64,000 bases of DNA from Gammaproteobacteria bacterium. GTDB lineage: Bacteria > Pseudomonadota > Gammaproteobacteria > Natronospirales > REEB76. A program made the position numbers and the translations under genes. Positions 18,847-28,795 of the stretch are shown piece by piece (positions within the stretch are counted from its first letter, which is position 1; each line of letters begins with the position of its first letter). Where the stretch lies: assembly GCA_049698775.1 (NCBI GenBank), contig JBAVYM010000041.1, forward strand, positions 5,691 to 69,690, read 5' to 3'. Under the pieces are notes generated by a model that was not told the DNA's origin, searched no databases, and was given only the letters and a program-made list of their open reading frames with translations.

Positions 18847-21177
18847 ATGGCCATGGGTACAGTTATGGATGGCGTTACCGAGGCTCCCCTTTCACCTTGG
18901 TGGGTGCGCAGCATCGTTGCGGTGATGGTGCTGGGCTTTGCGGTGCTCATTCTGATCACGGTGCTGGGCTATCGGAATGCGCCGCCGATCCCGGCAAAGG
19001 TAGTTGACGCACAGGGCGCAACCCTGTTCACCGGCGAAGATGTCGGCAGCGGTCAGGCGGTGTTCCTGAAATATGGGCTGATGGACAACGGCAGCATCTG
19101 GGGCCACGGCGCCTACCTCGGTCCTGATTTCTCCGCGCAAGCGCTACACCACATCGGCGAGGACACTGCCGAGGCGCTCGCACAACAGCAGTTCGGCAAA
19201 CCGCTCGCGCAACTGATCCCGATGCAGCAGGCGGCGGTGCGCTCACAAGTTGCGGTCGAGCTCAAAACCAATCGCTACGACCCTGCTACAGGTACATTGG
19301 CGCTGACACCCGCAGAAACTGCGGCGTGGCATCAACAGATCACTCACTGGACCGATTACTTCAAGAATCCGGTCGGCAATGGCGGTCTCAAGCCCAATCT
19401 GATAACCGATCCGACCGAGCTGCATCAATTCACCGCCTTCGTCACCTGGGCGGCCTGGGCCTCGGTGGCCAATCGGCCCGGCTACGACTACTCCTATACC
19501 AACAACTTCCCCTACGACCCGTTGGTCGGCAACACTCCGATATCCGGCGCTTTGCTATGGAGCGCGTTGAGCCTTTTGGTGCTGCTGGCCGGCATCGCCG
19601 CGGTGCTGTTAATGTTTGGAAAATTCGACTATCTCGGCTGGATTTCACGCGGAAACCGCCCCCACCCCAGCATCGTTCCGGGCCAGGCCAGTCCCGGACA
19701 GCGCGCACTGGTCAAGTACTTCGTGGTCGTGGCACTGCTGTTTCTGTTCCAGACCCTGGTCGGAGGCGGTGTCGCGCACTATCGCGCCGATCCGGGCAGT
19801 TTCTACGGTTTCCAGTTGGAAACCATCTTCCCCAGCAACCTGCTGCGTACCTGGCATTTGCAGAGCGCCATCATCTGGATTGCAACCGCCTATGTCGCCG
19901 CCGCGCTGTTCCTCGGCCGTGGGCTGCGCGACAACGAACCGCACGGATTCGCACTGTGGGTTAATCTGCTATTCGTCGCGTTCGTCGCGGTGATCGTCGG
20001 CAGTCTGCTCGGCGAGTGGCTTGGCATCACGCAGATGCTCGGACAATGGTGGTTCTGGCTCGGTAATCAGGGTTGGGAATACCTGGAGCTGGGGCGCATC
20101 TGGCAATATCTGTTGGTGATCGGACTGCTGGTGTGGTTCGCGTTGCTGTGGTGGGTGGCGCGGCCACGTGAGGTGGCCGATGCCAGCGCGCGCCCGATCG
20201 TGCGGATGTTCCTGTTGGCATCGCTCGCGATCCCGCTGTTCTACCTGCCGGCGCTGTTCTACGGCGCGAAGACCAACTACACGATTGTCGATACCTGGCG
20301 CTTCTGGATCATCCACCTGTGGGTCGAGGGCTTCTTCGAGTTCTTCGCCACCACCATCGTCGCGCTGGTGTTTTTCCAACTCGGGCTCGCCAGGCGCAAT
20401 ACCGCGCTGCGCGTGATCTATCTGGACGCGATCCTGTATTTTCTGGGCGGCCTGATCGGTACCGGTCACCACTGGTACTTCGAAGGCCATACCCAGTTCA
20501 ACATGGCGATGTCGGCGTTGTTCTCGGTGCTGGAAGTGGTGCCGCTGACCTTGCTGACGCTGGATGCCTGGGATTTTGTCAATACCACCCGTGGAACGGT
20601 AGATATTGACGGCCAGCCGCGCCGCGTACCACACAAGTGGACTTTCTACTTCCTTATGGCGGTGGGTTTCTGGAACTTTGTCGGGGCCGGCATGTTCGGC
20701 TTCCTGATCAATCTGCCGATCGTCAGTTACTACGAGGTCGGCACACAGTTGACGCCCAATCACGGCCACGCCGCGATGATGGGCGTGTTCGGCATGCTGG
20801 CAATCGCGCTGATGGTGTTCGTGCTGCGCCAAACCACCGATGAAGCGCGTTGGCCCGGTATCGAAAAGTACATCAAAGTAGCCTTCTGGGGCACCAATGT
20901 CGGCTTGGCAATGATGATCGTGATGAGCCTGTTTCCGAGCGGCGTGTTGCAGGTGTGGGATGTGGTACAGCATGGCTACTGGCATGCACGCAGCCTCGAA
21001 TTCACCGGCACCCATCGCGCGCGCGTGATCGAGTGGTTGCGCCTGCCGGGTGATCTGGTGTTCATCTTTCTCGGTGCACTGCCGCTGGTAATCGCTGCGA
21101 TCAAGACGTATTTCGGCATGCGGCGGGATCGTGCCGCGGAAGCTGCTCCGGCAGCCAGAATCCGGAGCGTGCCGTGA
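18847..21177 (+). CDS. norB: Quinol-dependent nitric oxide reductase (qNOR, single-subunit NorB/NorZ)
   Basis: At 776 aa it carries the N-terminal extension typical of qNOR (...FLKYGLMDNGSIWGHGAYLGPDFSA...) followed by a 12-TM heme-copper oxidase core with conserved His residues. The start at 18847 follows GGAG. Confidence 0.9.
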   Translation: MAMGTVMDGVTEAPLSPWWVRSIVAVMVLGFAVLILITVLGYRNAPPIPAKVVDAQGATLFTGEDVGSGQAVFLKYGLMDNGSIWGHGAYLGPDFSAQALHHIGEDTAEALAQQQFGKPLAQLIPMQQAAVRSQVAVELKTNRYDPATGTLALTPAETAAWHQQITHWTDYFKNPVGNGGLKPNLITDPTELHQFTAFVTWAAWASVANRPGYDYSYTNNFPYDPLVGNTPISGALLWSALSLLVLLAGIAAVLLMFGKFDYLGWISRGNRPHPSIVPGQASPGQRALVKYFVVVALLFLFQTLVGGGVAHYRADPGSFYGFQLETIFPSNLLRTWHLQSAIIWIATAYVAAALFLGRGLRDNEPHGFALWVNLLFVAFVAVIVGSLLGEWLGITQMLGQWWFWLGNQGWEYLELGRIWQYLLVIGLLVWFALLWWVARPREVADASARPIVRMFLLASLAIPLFYLPALFYGAKTNYTIVDTWRFWIIHLWVEGFFEFFATTIVALVFFQLGLARRNTALRVIYLDAILYFLGGLIGTGHHWYFEGHTQFNMAMSALFSVLEVVPLTLLTLDAWDFVNTTRGTVDIDGQPRRVPHKWTFYFLMAVGFWNFVGAGMFGFLINLPIVSYYEVGTQLTPNHGHAAMMGVFGMLAIALMVFVLRQTTDEARWPGIEKYIKVAFWGTNVGLAMMIVMSLFPSGVLQVWDVVQHGYWHARSLEFTGTHRARVIEWLRLPGDLVFIFLGALPLVIAAIKTYFGMRRDRAAEAAPAARIRSVP

Positions 21178-21635
21178 CATTGCTCGGTGCCGTCATCGCC
21201 GTGCACGTGCTTTCCGTGTTGTGGTGGATCGGCGGGCTGGCGTTCGTGACGACAGTGGTATTGCCGTCGCTGCGCAAGGCGCAACTGGGCGACCGCCGCA
21301 CCGCGTTCCACACCATCGAAAACCGCTTTGAACCCCAAGCGCGGATTGCGGTGCTGCTGGCGGGACTGTCGGGCCTGTATCTGCTGATCCGGCTGGATCT
21401 GTGGGCCTGGTTTCTACAAGCCCGGTTCTGGTGGCTGGACGCCATGGCCCTGTTCTGGCTATTCTTTGTACTTCTGCTGTTCGTACTCGGGCCGACGGGA
21501 ATGCTCAAGCAGGTTATGAATCGTAGCGGTGACGACGCGGCTGTTTGGCGGCGTATGCACCGCATTCATCTCAGCTTGCTGGTCATTGCATTGGTGATCG
21601 TCGCCGGTGCGGTCTCCGGCAGCCACGGTTATTGA
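21174..21635 (+). CDS. Integral membrane protein (4 TM) translationally coupled to norB
   Basis: The GTG start overlaps the norB stop (GTGA). It has hydrophobic helices, and I did not recognise a family with confidence. Confidence 0.6.
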   Translation: MTLLGAVIAVHVLSVLWWIGGLAFVTTVVLPSLRKAQLGDRRTAFHTIENRFEPQARIAVLLAGLSGLYLLIRLDLWAWFLQARFWWLDAMALFWLFFVLLLFVLGPTGMLKQVMNRSGDDAAVWRRMHRIHLSLLVIALVIVAGAVSGSHGY

Positions 21636-21637
21636 GG

Positions 21638-22159
21638 ATGGCCATGTTGAGCTTCGATCCGGTCACGACATTGGCGGATGAGCATGTGGCGCTTGCACAA
21701 CTGTTTGCACGTCATCAGGAGGCTCTGGTCACGCGCGCCTGGGCACGTGCCGCACGACTGCTGGATCATTACCGGAAGCGGCTTCAATATCACATCCAGT
21801 TGGAGGAGCATTACCTGCTGCCCTACTGCGTCGAAGAAAGGGCGCCTGGCCATTGGCAAGCACACGTCTATATGGCCGAACACCGCCGCCTTGAGGAGCT
21901 GTTGAGCAAGGCAGGCAAACGGTTGGCGGTCGCACGCCGTCGCGGCGTCACCGCGGCCGCACTCATCGCGCTGCTGGATGAGGAAAAGACACTGAAGCAT
22001 GTCGTGGAGCACCACTATCAGCGGGAAGAGATATCGCTGTTCACGGTGCTGCGGCAGTCGCTGCCGGAAGAAGTTCGCATTGGACTCACGCATATTCTCA
22101 TGCATCACGACATGCCGCCTGTTGTCCAGACTGGTAATGAGCGCGCCGAAAGCCGGTGA
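21638..22159 (+). CDS. Hemerythrin-like (HHE cation-binding) domain protein
   Basis: It is rich in His/Glu helices (EHVALAQLFARHQE, HIQLEEHYLLP, LKHVVEHHYQREE) and starts 2 nt after the preceding stop. Di-iron hemerythrin-like proteins commonly accompany NO reductases. Confidence 0.6.
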   Translation: MAMLSFDPVTTLADEHVALAQLFARHQEALVTRAWARAARLLDHYRKRLQYHIQLEEHYLLPYCVEERAPGHWQAHVYMAEHRRLEELLSKAGKRLAVARRRGVTAAALIALLDEEKTLKHVVEHHYQREEISLFTVLRQSLPEEVRIGLTHILMHHDMPPVVQTGNERAESR

Positions 22160-22188
22160 ACCTGTTTTTGTTTTCGGGCGAGGATGTT

Positions 22189-22875
22189 CTAGTGCATATG
22201 CCGGCGTAGCCTTTCAGTATCAAGCAGGGTCACTTCTTCATCCGCTACCTCAATCAGGCCTTCTTCGCTGAGCGTCCTGAGCGTGCGCGAGAAGGTTTCC
22301 GGCGTCACCGCCACATGCGCAGCGATCAGCATCTTGCGCGCCGGCAAGATGACAGTGACTTTGCCGCGCTGGCCCTCGGGCACCAGACCCAGCAGATAGT
22401 GCACCACGCGGAAGCGGCTGTTTTGCAGGGTCAGGGCTTCGATCTCGTCCCAGTGCGCCTGGATGCGTTGCGTCATCTGCGCCATGACCGCACGTGCCGT
22501 ATCGAAGGATTCGCGCAGCATGTCCAGGAATGCCGCGCGTTCAATGCCGACCAGAATACCGTCTTCGATACCGGCCGCGTGCACCGGGTAATGTGGTTCA
22601 TCCATGAACATGACGCTTTCCGCGAAACTCTGTCCGGGGCGGATCAGGCGCATGATCTTTTCCTGCCCGTCCGCCGATACCCGGTAGAGTTTCACCGCGC
22701 CGGATTGCAGCAGGAAGAATGACTGCGCAGGATCCCCCTGGCTGAACAGCGCTTCGCCGGCCTTGAAAGCATGGGTATGGATGTGTGTCAGCAGCCTGTT
22801 GCGCTGGCCCTCAGTGAGCGCCGAGAACAGGTAATGATGGCGTAATTCGCGCGCGAGCTGATTATGGTTGTCCAC
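22189..22875 (-). CDS. Crp/Fnr-family transcriptional regulator, Dnr/NnrR-like (no cysteines)
   Basis: It has a cNMP-binding-like beta-roll ([26 protein letters not shown]) and a C-terminal HTH with the E--SR recognition motif ([13 protein letters not shown]). No Cys is present, so it lacks the FNR-type Fe-S ligands. The start is GTG. Confidence 0.85.
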   Translation of the reverse strand: MDNHNQLARELRHHYLFSALTEGQRNRLLTHIHTHAFKAGEALFSQGDPAQSFFLLQSGAVKLYRVSADGQEKIMRLIRPGQSFAESVMFMDEPHYPVHAAGIEDGILVGIERAAFLDMLRESFDTARAVMAQMTQRIQAHWDEIEALTLQNSRFRVVHYLLGLVPEGQRGKVTVILPARKMLIAAHVAVTPETFSRTLRTLSEEGLIEVADEEVTLLDTERLRRHMH

Positions 22876-22930
22876 GGGTTTTCACCGGAAGCTTTGGCAA
22901 ACTCACTTGACGGCTACAGGTGTCGCACAC

Positions 22931-22944
22931 TTGATATGCATCAA
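22931..22944. promoter_or_regulatory. FNR/Dnr-type box TTGATATGCATCAA in the regulator/fdxA divergent promoter region
   Basis: This is a perfect TTGAT-N4-ATCAA palindrome. It lies ~62 nt from the regulator GTG and ~76 nt from the fdxA GTG. Confidence 0.75.
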
Positions 22945-23013
22945 GGCGCTGCCGGCAACATTGCAGGCACCATTATCTACGCTCCAGCGAAGGTGGGGCA
23001 AGGAGTTGGCGCC

Positions 23014-23337
23014 GTGACCCATGTGGTGACAGAAAACTGCATCAAGTGCAAATACACCGACTGCGTGGAAGTCTGTCCCGTGGATTGCTTCCACGAAGGC
23101 CCGAACTTCCTGGTGATTGATCCCGAGGAGTGCATAGATTGCACCCTGTGCGTGGCGGAATGTCCGGCTGAAGCGATCTTTGCCGACGGCGACGTGCCCA
23201 ACGGCCAGGAGTATTTCCTGGCCATCAACGCGGAGCTGGCGCTGAAATGGCCGGTCATAGCTCGCAAGATTCCGGCACCGGCGGATGCAAAACAGTGGGA
23301 CGGCGTGCCGGACAAGCTCCCGTTGCTGAAGCGCTGA
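23014..23337 (+). CDS. fdxA: 7Fe ferredoxin FdxA (Azotobacter type)
   Basis: A GTG start after an AAGGAG RBS gives [51 protein letters not shown]. At 107 aa it has the canonical FdxA length. Confidence 0.9.
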   Translation: MTHVVTENCIKCKYTDCVEVCPVDCFHEGPNFLVIDPEECIDCTLCVAECPAEAIFADGDVPNGQEYFLAINAELALKWPVIARKIPAPADAKQWDGVPDKLPLLKR

Positions 23338-23353
23338 TGGTCAAGGAGAAGGC

Positions 23354-23662
23354 ATGGCTGTGGCGCTGGAAACCCCGAATGCTCAAAAGGTGTATTACGT
23401 CACCTGGGAAGAGCTACCGCTATCCTGCCCGACACCCGCGATGAGCCTGTGGAACTCGCACCAGCGAGTGTATCTGCCCATACAGGAGAGCGGGCGCGAA
23501 CAATGCCCGTATTGCGGATCGGTTTATATTCTGGTGGACCCGGACCCCGACGCGGCGCCTGCCAAGCTGAATAATGTGGAGATTGAACGGTTTTATCACC
23601 AGCAGCGCACGATCCTGCGCAAGCGGCGTGTCCCGGACACTCCGGCCGCGCCATCGCATTGA
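23354..23662 (+). CDS. Zinc-finger (zf-CHCC-like) domain protein
   Basis: ...LSCP...HQRVYLPI...CPYCGSVYIL matches the NDUFS6-like CHCC zinc-finger pattern. Confidence 0.6.
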   Translation: MAVALETPNAQKVYYVTWEELPLSCPTPAMSLWNSHQRVYLPIQESGREQCPYCGSVYILVDPDPDAAPAKLNNVEIERFYHQQRTILRKRRVPDTPAAPSH

Positions 23663-23746
23663 TCAAAGACAAACTGGTGGAGCGAAGCTGAAGCCCTGAA
23701 CGCTGCGGAGTCGAACGGAAACAGGGTCAGGTTCTGCACGCTACGC

Positions 23747-24697
23747 TCAATTCACTATCCGCGCGGCGGGGCCGGCAACGGGCGAAACCCAGGCGTGGCT
23801 CGCGAGTCCGGCGCGCTTGAAGGCTTGCTGCATAATTTCAACTGCCTGTTGCGCCGTTTGCTCGGCCGCGAACCAGGCGAACAGGCTCGGACCCGCACCG
23901 GATATTCCCGCGCCGAGCGCTCCGCACGCGAGCGCTGCGCGTTTCACGTCTGCAAATCCGGGTATCAATTCCGCCCGGCGCGGCTCGATGAGGCAGTCCG
24001 ACAATCCCGCGCGGATCAGCTCCGGATCATTGCGGTAGCAGCCGCTCAGGACCAGCGCCAGGTTGCCGGTCTGCTGCACGATATCTTCGAGTGCGAACGG
24101 CCGGTCCAGCACTTGGCGGGCCTGCAAGGTCCGCACCTCGAGTTCCGGGTGTACCAGCACGCAATATAAATTTGGTGGCACAGGCACCGATACCACCTGC
24201 CCGGACGTGGCGATCACGAGTCCGCCGTACAGCATCGGGCCGACGTTGTCGCCGTTGCGCGTGCCACTCGCCAGCGATTCTCCATCCAACGCGCATTGAT
24301 AAAGCGTTTCGAGCGACGCTGGAACATCCAGCAGCGCATTCGCCGCCACCAGTGCGGCGACACAGGAAGCGGCCGAGCCGCCCATGCCGGACGCGAGCGG
24401 GATGCCCTTGTCGAGTTCGATCTCGAAACCGCTGGACAGGTTGAGTACGCGGCGCAGGGACAGCAGCGCGGTACCTGCGGTATTTTTCTCAGCAGCGAAT
24501 GGGATATCGCGGGTCACGCCGCGAATATCGGTAATGTTCACCACCGGTTCAGCGATGATGCGCACCGTCACCCGGTCCTGCAGGCCGACGACAGTGTGTC
24601 CGAGAAAGTCAAATCCCACCGCCACATTGCCGACACAGGCCGGTGCGCAAGCCGTGGCCTGCCGACGAGCAGCAATGTGTTTGATGACTTTGGTCAC
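23747..24697 (-). CDS. thrB: Homoserine kinase ThrB (GHMP kinase)
   Basis: APACVGNVAVGFDFLG and the GHMP motif GIPLASGMGGSAASCVA are present. The start is uncertain (GTG 24697 chosen), and the track ORF extends to 24802. Confidence 0.8.
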   Translation of the reverse strand: MTKVIKHIAARRQATACAPACVGNVAVGFDFLGHTVVGLQDRVTVRIIAEPVVNITDIRGVTRDIPFAAEKNTAGTALLSLRRVLNLSSGFEIELDKGIPLASGMGGSAASCVAALVAANALLDVPASLETLYQCALDGESLASGTRNGDNVGPMLYGGLVIATSGQVVSVPVPPNLYCVLVHPELEVRTLQARQVLDRPFALEDIVQQTGNLALVLSGCYRNDPELIRAGLSDCLIEPRRAELIPGFADVKRAALACGALGAGISGAGPSLFAWFAAEQTAQQAVEIMQQAFKRAGLASHAWVSPVAGPAARIVN

Positions 24698-24719
24698 CGC
24701 ATTTTGCAATCGGCGTTGT

Positions 24720-25880
24720 TCATACCCGCGCAGGGCCGAAGTGTACGGGAATGAAGCGGATGAAATACACGGCAAATGCCAGCGCCCACAGCGCACCGGC
24801 AAGCGGCAACAAGCCGGAATATCCGATCATGCGCAGGATGGCGGCGGCGGTTATCAGCAGGAATGCCGTGGTCATGAACGGTCCGGCCTGCAATGGCCGG
24901 CCGGTGTGGCCGAGCGGCACGCGCGTCATCATGCCGATGGACAGCGAACCGAGTGCGCCCACGATGATGGCGTGCAGCGCGGTGATCTCGGGGATGGCAT
25001 GCGCGAGCAGCGCCAGACCACGCAGGCCGAGGCCAATGACCAGCCACAGGTAACCGAGATGCAGCACCCACAACATGGGCTCACGCCAGGTCTTCCAGGG
25101 CTTCCAACCCAACAGACGTACCAGCGCGAGAATCGCCACCAGCAACGAAACAATGCCCAGTGCGGTGGAGTCCGGCAGGACAACATCAAGCAGCACCAGC
25201 AGGACTGCACCGCCGTTGACGCACCAGTTGATCCCGCGATAGCTGCGCACGCCGGCCTTGGCGATGCGCCGCTCCGTGAAAAACGGAATTACGCGTCCGC
25301 CGATCACCAGCATGAGCACGGTCAGAAGATCAATCACCCAAATGAGCGCTTGATATGCCGTCAGCCGGATCACGCCGGCCACGGCCAGATGAAACAGCGC
25401 ATCGGCGAGTGCGAACGCGAGCAGCAGCGGAATCAGGAACAGATTACGGCGGTTGCGACTCTGCAGAATCGGGCGCGCCACCAGCAACGCCAGCAACGGG
25501 AAAAATGCAAAATCCAGGACTGCGGCGACAGGATAGGGAATCAGCGCAGGCAGCAGGAACGCAATGCGGCCCAGAAGCCACACTATCGCCAAACCCGCCA
25601 GAGAAACCGGCGTGACGACCGGCAATTTGGTCCAGTCGGCCACGGCTGTGAGCAGGAATCCCGCCATGAGCGCGGCGGCGAAACCGAACAGCATCTCGTG
25701 ACCGTGCCACAAGAGCGGCGACAGCGAAGCGGCGGGAATCAGGCCGAGATGCAGGAACAGCGCCCAGGCCAGGATGTCCAGGCTGGCGAACAGGGAAGCG
25801 CCCAGGAACATCAGGCGGAAAGGCTGTTGCAGTAATGGCGAGACGCGCGCCGGCTGAGCCGGTGACAATGCTGTATTCAT
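24720..25880 (-). CDS. nnrS: NnrS family membrane protein (heme/copper, NO-stress associated)
   Basis: It is a ~12-TM protein whose N-terminal region ...QPFRLMFLGASLFASLDILAWALFLHL...LWHGHEMLFGF is typical of NnrS. Confidence 0.85.
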   Translation of the reverse strand: MNTALSPAQPARVSPLLQQPFRLMFLGASLFASLDILAWALFLHLGLIPAASLSPLLWHGHEMLFGFAAALMAGFLLTAVADWTKLPVVTPVSLAGLAIVWLLGRIAFLLPALIPYPVAAVLDFAFFPLLALLVARPILQSRNRRNLFLIPLLLAFALADALFHLAVAGVIRLTAYQALIWVIDLLTVLMLVIGGRVIPFFTERRIAKAGVRSYRGINWCVNGGAVLLVLLDVVLPDSTALGIVSLLVAILALVRLLGWKPWKTWREPMLWVLHLGYLWLVIGLGLRGLALLAHAIPEITALHAIIVGALGSLSIGMMTRVPLGHTGRPLQAGPFMTTAFLLITAAAILRMIGYSGLLPLAGALWALAFAVYFIRFIPVHFGPARV

Positions 25881-25926
25881 GCAGGGAACCCCGTGATTTG
25901 TACGCGAATCCTGTGAGGCAGGTACG

Positions 25927-26173
25927 TCATGTCGAAAATACCCTTTTCAGATAGCGCAGACCACGCAGATAATCCAGTTCGTCCTGCCGGAAGCGCAAAC
26001 TGCAAAGCCCAGTGATTTCCTTGCGGATGCCATCGGCCTGACGGGCGAGAGTTTCCCCGTGATTGCGGCACTTGAACCGATATTCCACTTCCGCGCTCGG
26101 AAAATGGTGCAATACCGCCTGCATCATGGTGAATTTGTAGAGATTCAGTATCGAGCAGGGACTCAATGATCAC
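25927..26173 (-). pseudogene. pncB: Relic of the nicotinate phosphoribosyltransferase gene (pncB): N-terminal ~80-98 codons only, frameshifted
   Basis: The minus strand reads ATGATCATTGAGTCCCTGCTCGATACTGAAT|CTCTACAAATTCACCATGATGCAGGCGGTATTGCACCATTTT, which translates [10 protein letters not shown] then, with a frame jump, [27 protein letters not shown].... This is the conserved PncB N-terminus. A full PncB is ~400 aa. Confidence 0.7.
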
Positions 26174-26234
26174 GATGGCGTCGGCACCTGGCAGCTTGTA
26201 TCGTCAAGCGCGCAACAGTGTTCAGGGTCTCCGC

Positions 26235-26576
26235 TCATTTGTTCGCGGCAGCCTGCTCCATCTCGTCCAGCGCCAGTACCGAATGCGCATAGGCGCCGCC
26301 GGCGCGCATCTCGGCCGCGACCCAGATGGCTTCCATGATTTCCGCGTCCGTGGAACCGGTGCGCAGTGCCGCGCGCGTATGACCGCGGATGCAGTAGGGG
26401 CACTGAGTGGTGTGCGCCACCGCCACGGCGATCAATTGCTTGGTTTTCTCCAGCAGTGCGCCATCAGCGAATACCTGCTGGCTGAATGCCTTGAAGGCTT
26501 CCAGTTGTTTCGGCGCCAGCGTTTTACGACGTGCCGAGAGCGCCGTGGAAGGTTCCGGGAAAATCGGGTGTGGCAT
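26235..26576 (-). CDS. Carboxymuconolactone decarboxylase-family (AhpD-like) protein
   Basis: 113 aa with the CXXC motif in context (HTTQCPYCIRGH) typical of the AhpD-like/CMD fold. Confidence 0.75.
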   Translation of the reverse strand: MPHPIFPEPSTALSARRKTLAPKQLEAFKAFSQQVFADGALLEKTKQLIAVAVAHTTQCPYCIRGHTRAALRTGSTDAEIMEAIWVAAEMRAGGAYAHSVLALDEMEQAAANK

Positions 26577-26615
26577 GGATACTCTCCTTGGATGTGTGAT
26601 GGTTATGGTTAAAGA

Positions 26616-26975
26616 TCAGCGTAAGCGGCGTTTCAGATACGCGGCCAGTACCACCGCTTGATTGCGTTCCTCATCGTGCGCGCCGAACAGTATGGTGACG
26701 GTGGCGTGTGCTTTGAGGATGTCCCGCAGAGCCTTGATCGCTGGCTTGTTGGCGCGCAGCTCGGCCGTATAACGGTGTTTGAACTCCAGCCATTTCTCCG
26801 GCTCATGGCCGAACCACTGGCGCAGTTTGGTGGTCGGCGCCACTTCCCGGTCCCAGTAATCCACCGCGGCTTTTTTCTTGGTCAGGCCGCGCGGCCACAC
26901 CCGGTCCACCAACACCCGGAAGCCGTCGCCGCGTGCGGGCGGCAGATACACGCGTTTCAGTTTAATGTTGGTCAT
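26616..26975 (-). CDS. DUF488 family protein
   Basis: The ATG at 26975 follows an AGGAGG RBS. MTNIKLKRVYLPPARGDGFRVLVDRVWPRGLTKKKAAVDYWDREVAPTTKLRQWFGH is the DUF488 signature. Confidence 0.75.
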   Translation of the reverse strand: MTNIKLKRVYLPPARGDGFRVLVDRVWPRGLTKKKAAVDYWDREVAPTTKLRQWFGHEPEKWLEFKHRYTAELRANKPAIKALRDILKAHATVTILFGAHDEERNQAVVLAAYLKRRLR

Positions 26976-27012
26976 GGTCTCAGCCTCCTGGCGCGGCCCG
27001 CGCCAACGTGTT

Positions 27013-27834
27013 TCAGTGTTCGCGTGCCACCATGAGCTTCTTGATCTCCGCAATTGCGCGTCCGGGATTGAGTCCTTTGGGGCAGGTGCGCGTGCAGTTC
27101 AGGATGGTGTGGCAGCGATACAGTTTGAAAGGATCCTGCAGTGCGTCGAGGCGTTCGCCCGCGGCCTCGTCGCGTGAATCCACCAATGCGCGGTAAGCCT
27201 GCAACAGCACCGCCGGTCCCATGAAGCGGTCGCCGTTCCACCACCAGCTCGGGCAGCCGCTGGTGCAGCAGAAGCACAAAATACATTCGTAATAACCGTC
27301 GAGTTTGGCGCGTTCCTCGGGCGACTGCAGGCGTTCACGATCGGGCGCGGGCGTTATGGTTTTGAGCCATGGCTCGATGGAGGCGTACTGCGCAAACGCG
27401 TGCGTCTGATCCGGCACCAGATCCTTGATGACCGGCATGCTGTTCAGCGGATAGATCTCGACCACGCCCGGGATGTCGCAGATGGTGCGCGTGCATGCCA
27501 GCCAGTTGGTGCCGTGAATGTTCATGGCGCAACTGCCGCATATGCCTTCGCGGCAGGAGCGGCGGAAAGTGAGCGTGCTGTCAATCTCGTTCTTGATCTT
27601 GATGAGCGCGTCCAGCACCATCGGCCCGCATTGATCCAGATCCACGAAATAGGTATCGAGCCGCGGCGGTTCGCCGCTATCCGGGTCGTAGCGGTAGATG
27701 CGAAATTCCTTGACGTGCCTGGTGTTCTCAGGTTTTAGCCAGACTCTACCTTTATGTACGCGCGCGTTCGGATTCATGCCGAGATTTCGCGGGATGATAT
27801 CGGTGATGTTCATATCTGGCAACTCGTGGCGCAT
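27013..27834 (-). CDS. sdhB: Succinate dehydrogenase/fumarate reductase iron-sulfur subunit (SdhB, long alpha-proteobacterial/mitochondrial type)
   Basis: [43 protein letters not shown] and [17 protein letters not shown] together give all three cluster motifs. The ATG overlaps the upstream stop (TAATG). Confidence 0.9.
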   Translation of the reverse strand: MRHELPDMNITDIIPRNLGMNPNARVHKGRVWLKPENTRHVKEFRIYRYDPDSGEPPRLDTYFVDLDQCGPMVLDALIKIKNEIDSTLTFRRSCREGICGSCAMNIHGTNWLACTRTICDIPGVVEIYPLNSMPVIKDLVPDQTHAFAQYASIEPWLKTITPAPDRERLQSPEERAKLDGYYECILCFCCTSGCPSWWWNGDRFMGPAVLLQAYRALVDSRDEAAGERLDALQDPFKLYRCHTILNCTRTCPKGLNPGRAIAEIKKLMVAREH

Positions 27835-28784
27835 TATGCGAAGTGGCTGGTATCCACGGATGGCGGTTTACGCTCCATGAAATACTCGTTCAGATATTTC
27901 TCGCCCTCGTCACAGAACAGCGTGACCACCGTCTTGAGCTCCGGATATTGCGTGCGCACGCGCTTTGCGGTCAGCAGGTGCGCGCCCGAACTCGGCCCGC
28001 AGAACAAGCCATATTGCCGCGCCAGATAACGCATGGCCTGTACGGCTTCTTCGCTGGATACGCTCAGCACCTCATCCACGAGTTCGCGATGGCGCGTGAG
28101 GATGCCCGGGACGAAACCGTCCGAGATGCCCTCGATCTGGTGCGTTCCGATTTCGCCGCACAGCAAGGTGCAGGACTCCGACGGTTCCATCGCGAACAGG
28201 CGCACGCGCGGGTTGGCGGCGCGGAACGCTTGGCCGACACCCACGAGCGTGCCACCGGTGCCGACGCCCATGACCAGCGCGTCCGGCAGCGTGCCGTGCG
28301 GGAGTTGCGCGAGGATTTCCGGACCGAGCAACAGGCGATTCTCTTCAACGTTCCATTCCGATTCAAATTGGTGCGGACAGAAATAACCCGGTTGTTGTCC
28401 GAGTTCGCTGGCGCGCTTGAGCGCATCGCTGACATGGAAATGGCCGCAGAACAGGACTTCTGCGCCGTACGCACGCGAGATTGCCACACGCTCGCTGCTC
28501 ATTCCTTCCGGCATCACCACCAGCATGCGGTAGCCCTTGACCGCCGCAACCAGCGACAGCGCATTGCCGGTGTTGCCGCTGGTTGCCTCGACGATGGTGT
28601 CGCCGGGATGCAGCAGGCCCTGCTGTTCGGCTTTCTCGATCATGTATTTGGCGATGCGCGCCTTGATGGAGCCGGAGGGATTCAGGAATTCGAGCTTGGC
28701 GTAAATGCCATCCACCCGCAGCAGTGGCGTGTCGCCGATGGCGTCGAGAATGCTGGACGAGAGGGCCGTATAACGCGTTGGCAT
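27834..28784 (-). CDS. PLP-dependent cysteine synthase family protein (CysK/CysM-like)
   Basis: [15 protein letters not shown] holds the PLP lysine context. [10 protein letters not shown] and GVGTGGTL are also present. Confidence 0.85.
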   Translation of the reverse strand: MPTRYTALSSSILDAIGDTPLLRVDGIYAKLEFLNPSGSIKARIAKYMIEKAEQQGLLHPGDTIVEATSGNTGNALSLVAAVKGYRMLVVMPEGMSSERVAISRAYGAEVLFCGHFHVSDALKRASELGQQPGYFCPHQFESEWNVEENRLLLGPEILAQLPHGTLPDALVMGVGTGGTLVGVGQAFRAANPRVRLFAMEPSESCTLLCGEIGTHQIEGISDGFVPGILTRHRELVDEVLSVSSEEAVQAMRYLARQYGLFCGPSSGAHLLTAKRVRTQYPELKTVVTLFCDEGEKYLNEYFMERKPPSVDTSHFA

Positions 28785-28795
28785 GGATTGCCGCG

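Noticed and set aside
25881-26000. Search for a Dnr/FNR box upstream of nnrS.
   Set aside because: Only weak partial half-sites were found (e.g. GTGATTTGTACGCGAATCC). None has the TTGAT-N4-ATCAA geometry, so no box is claimed.
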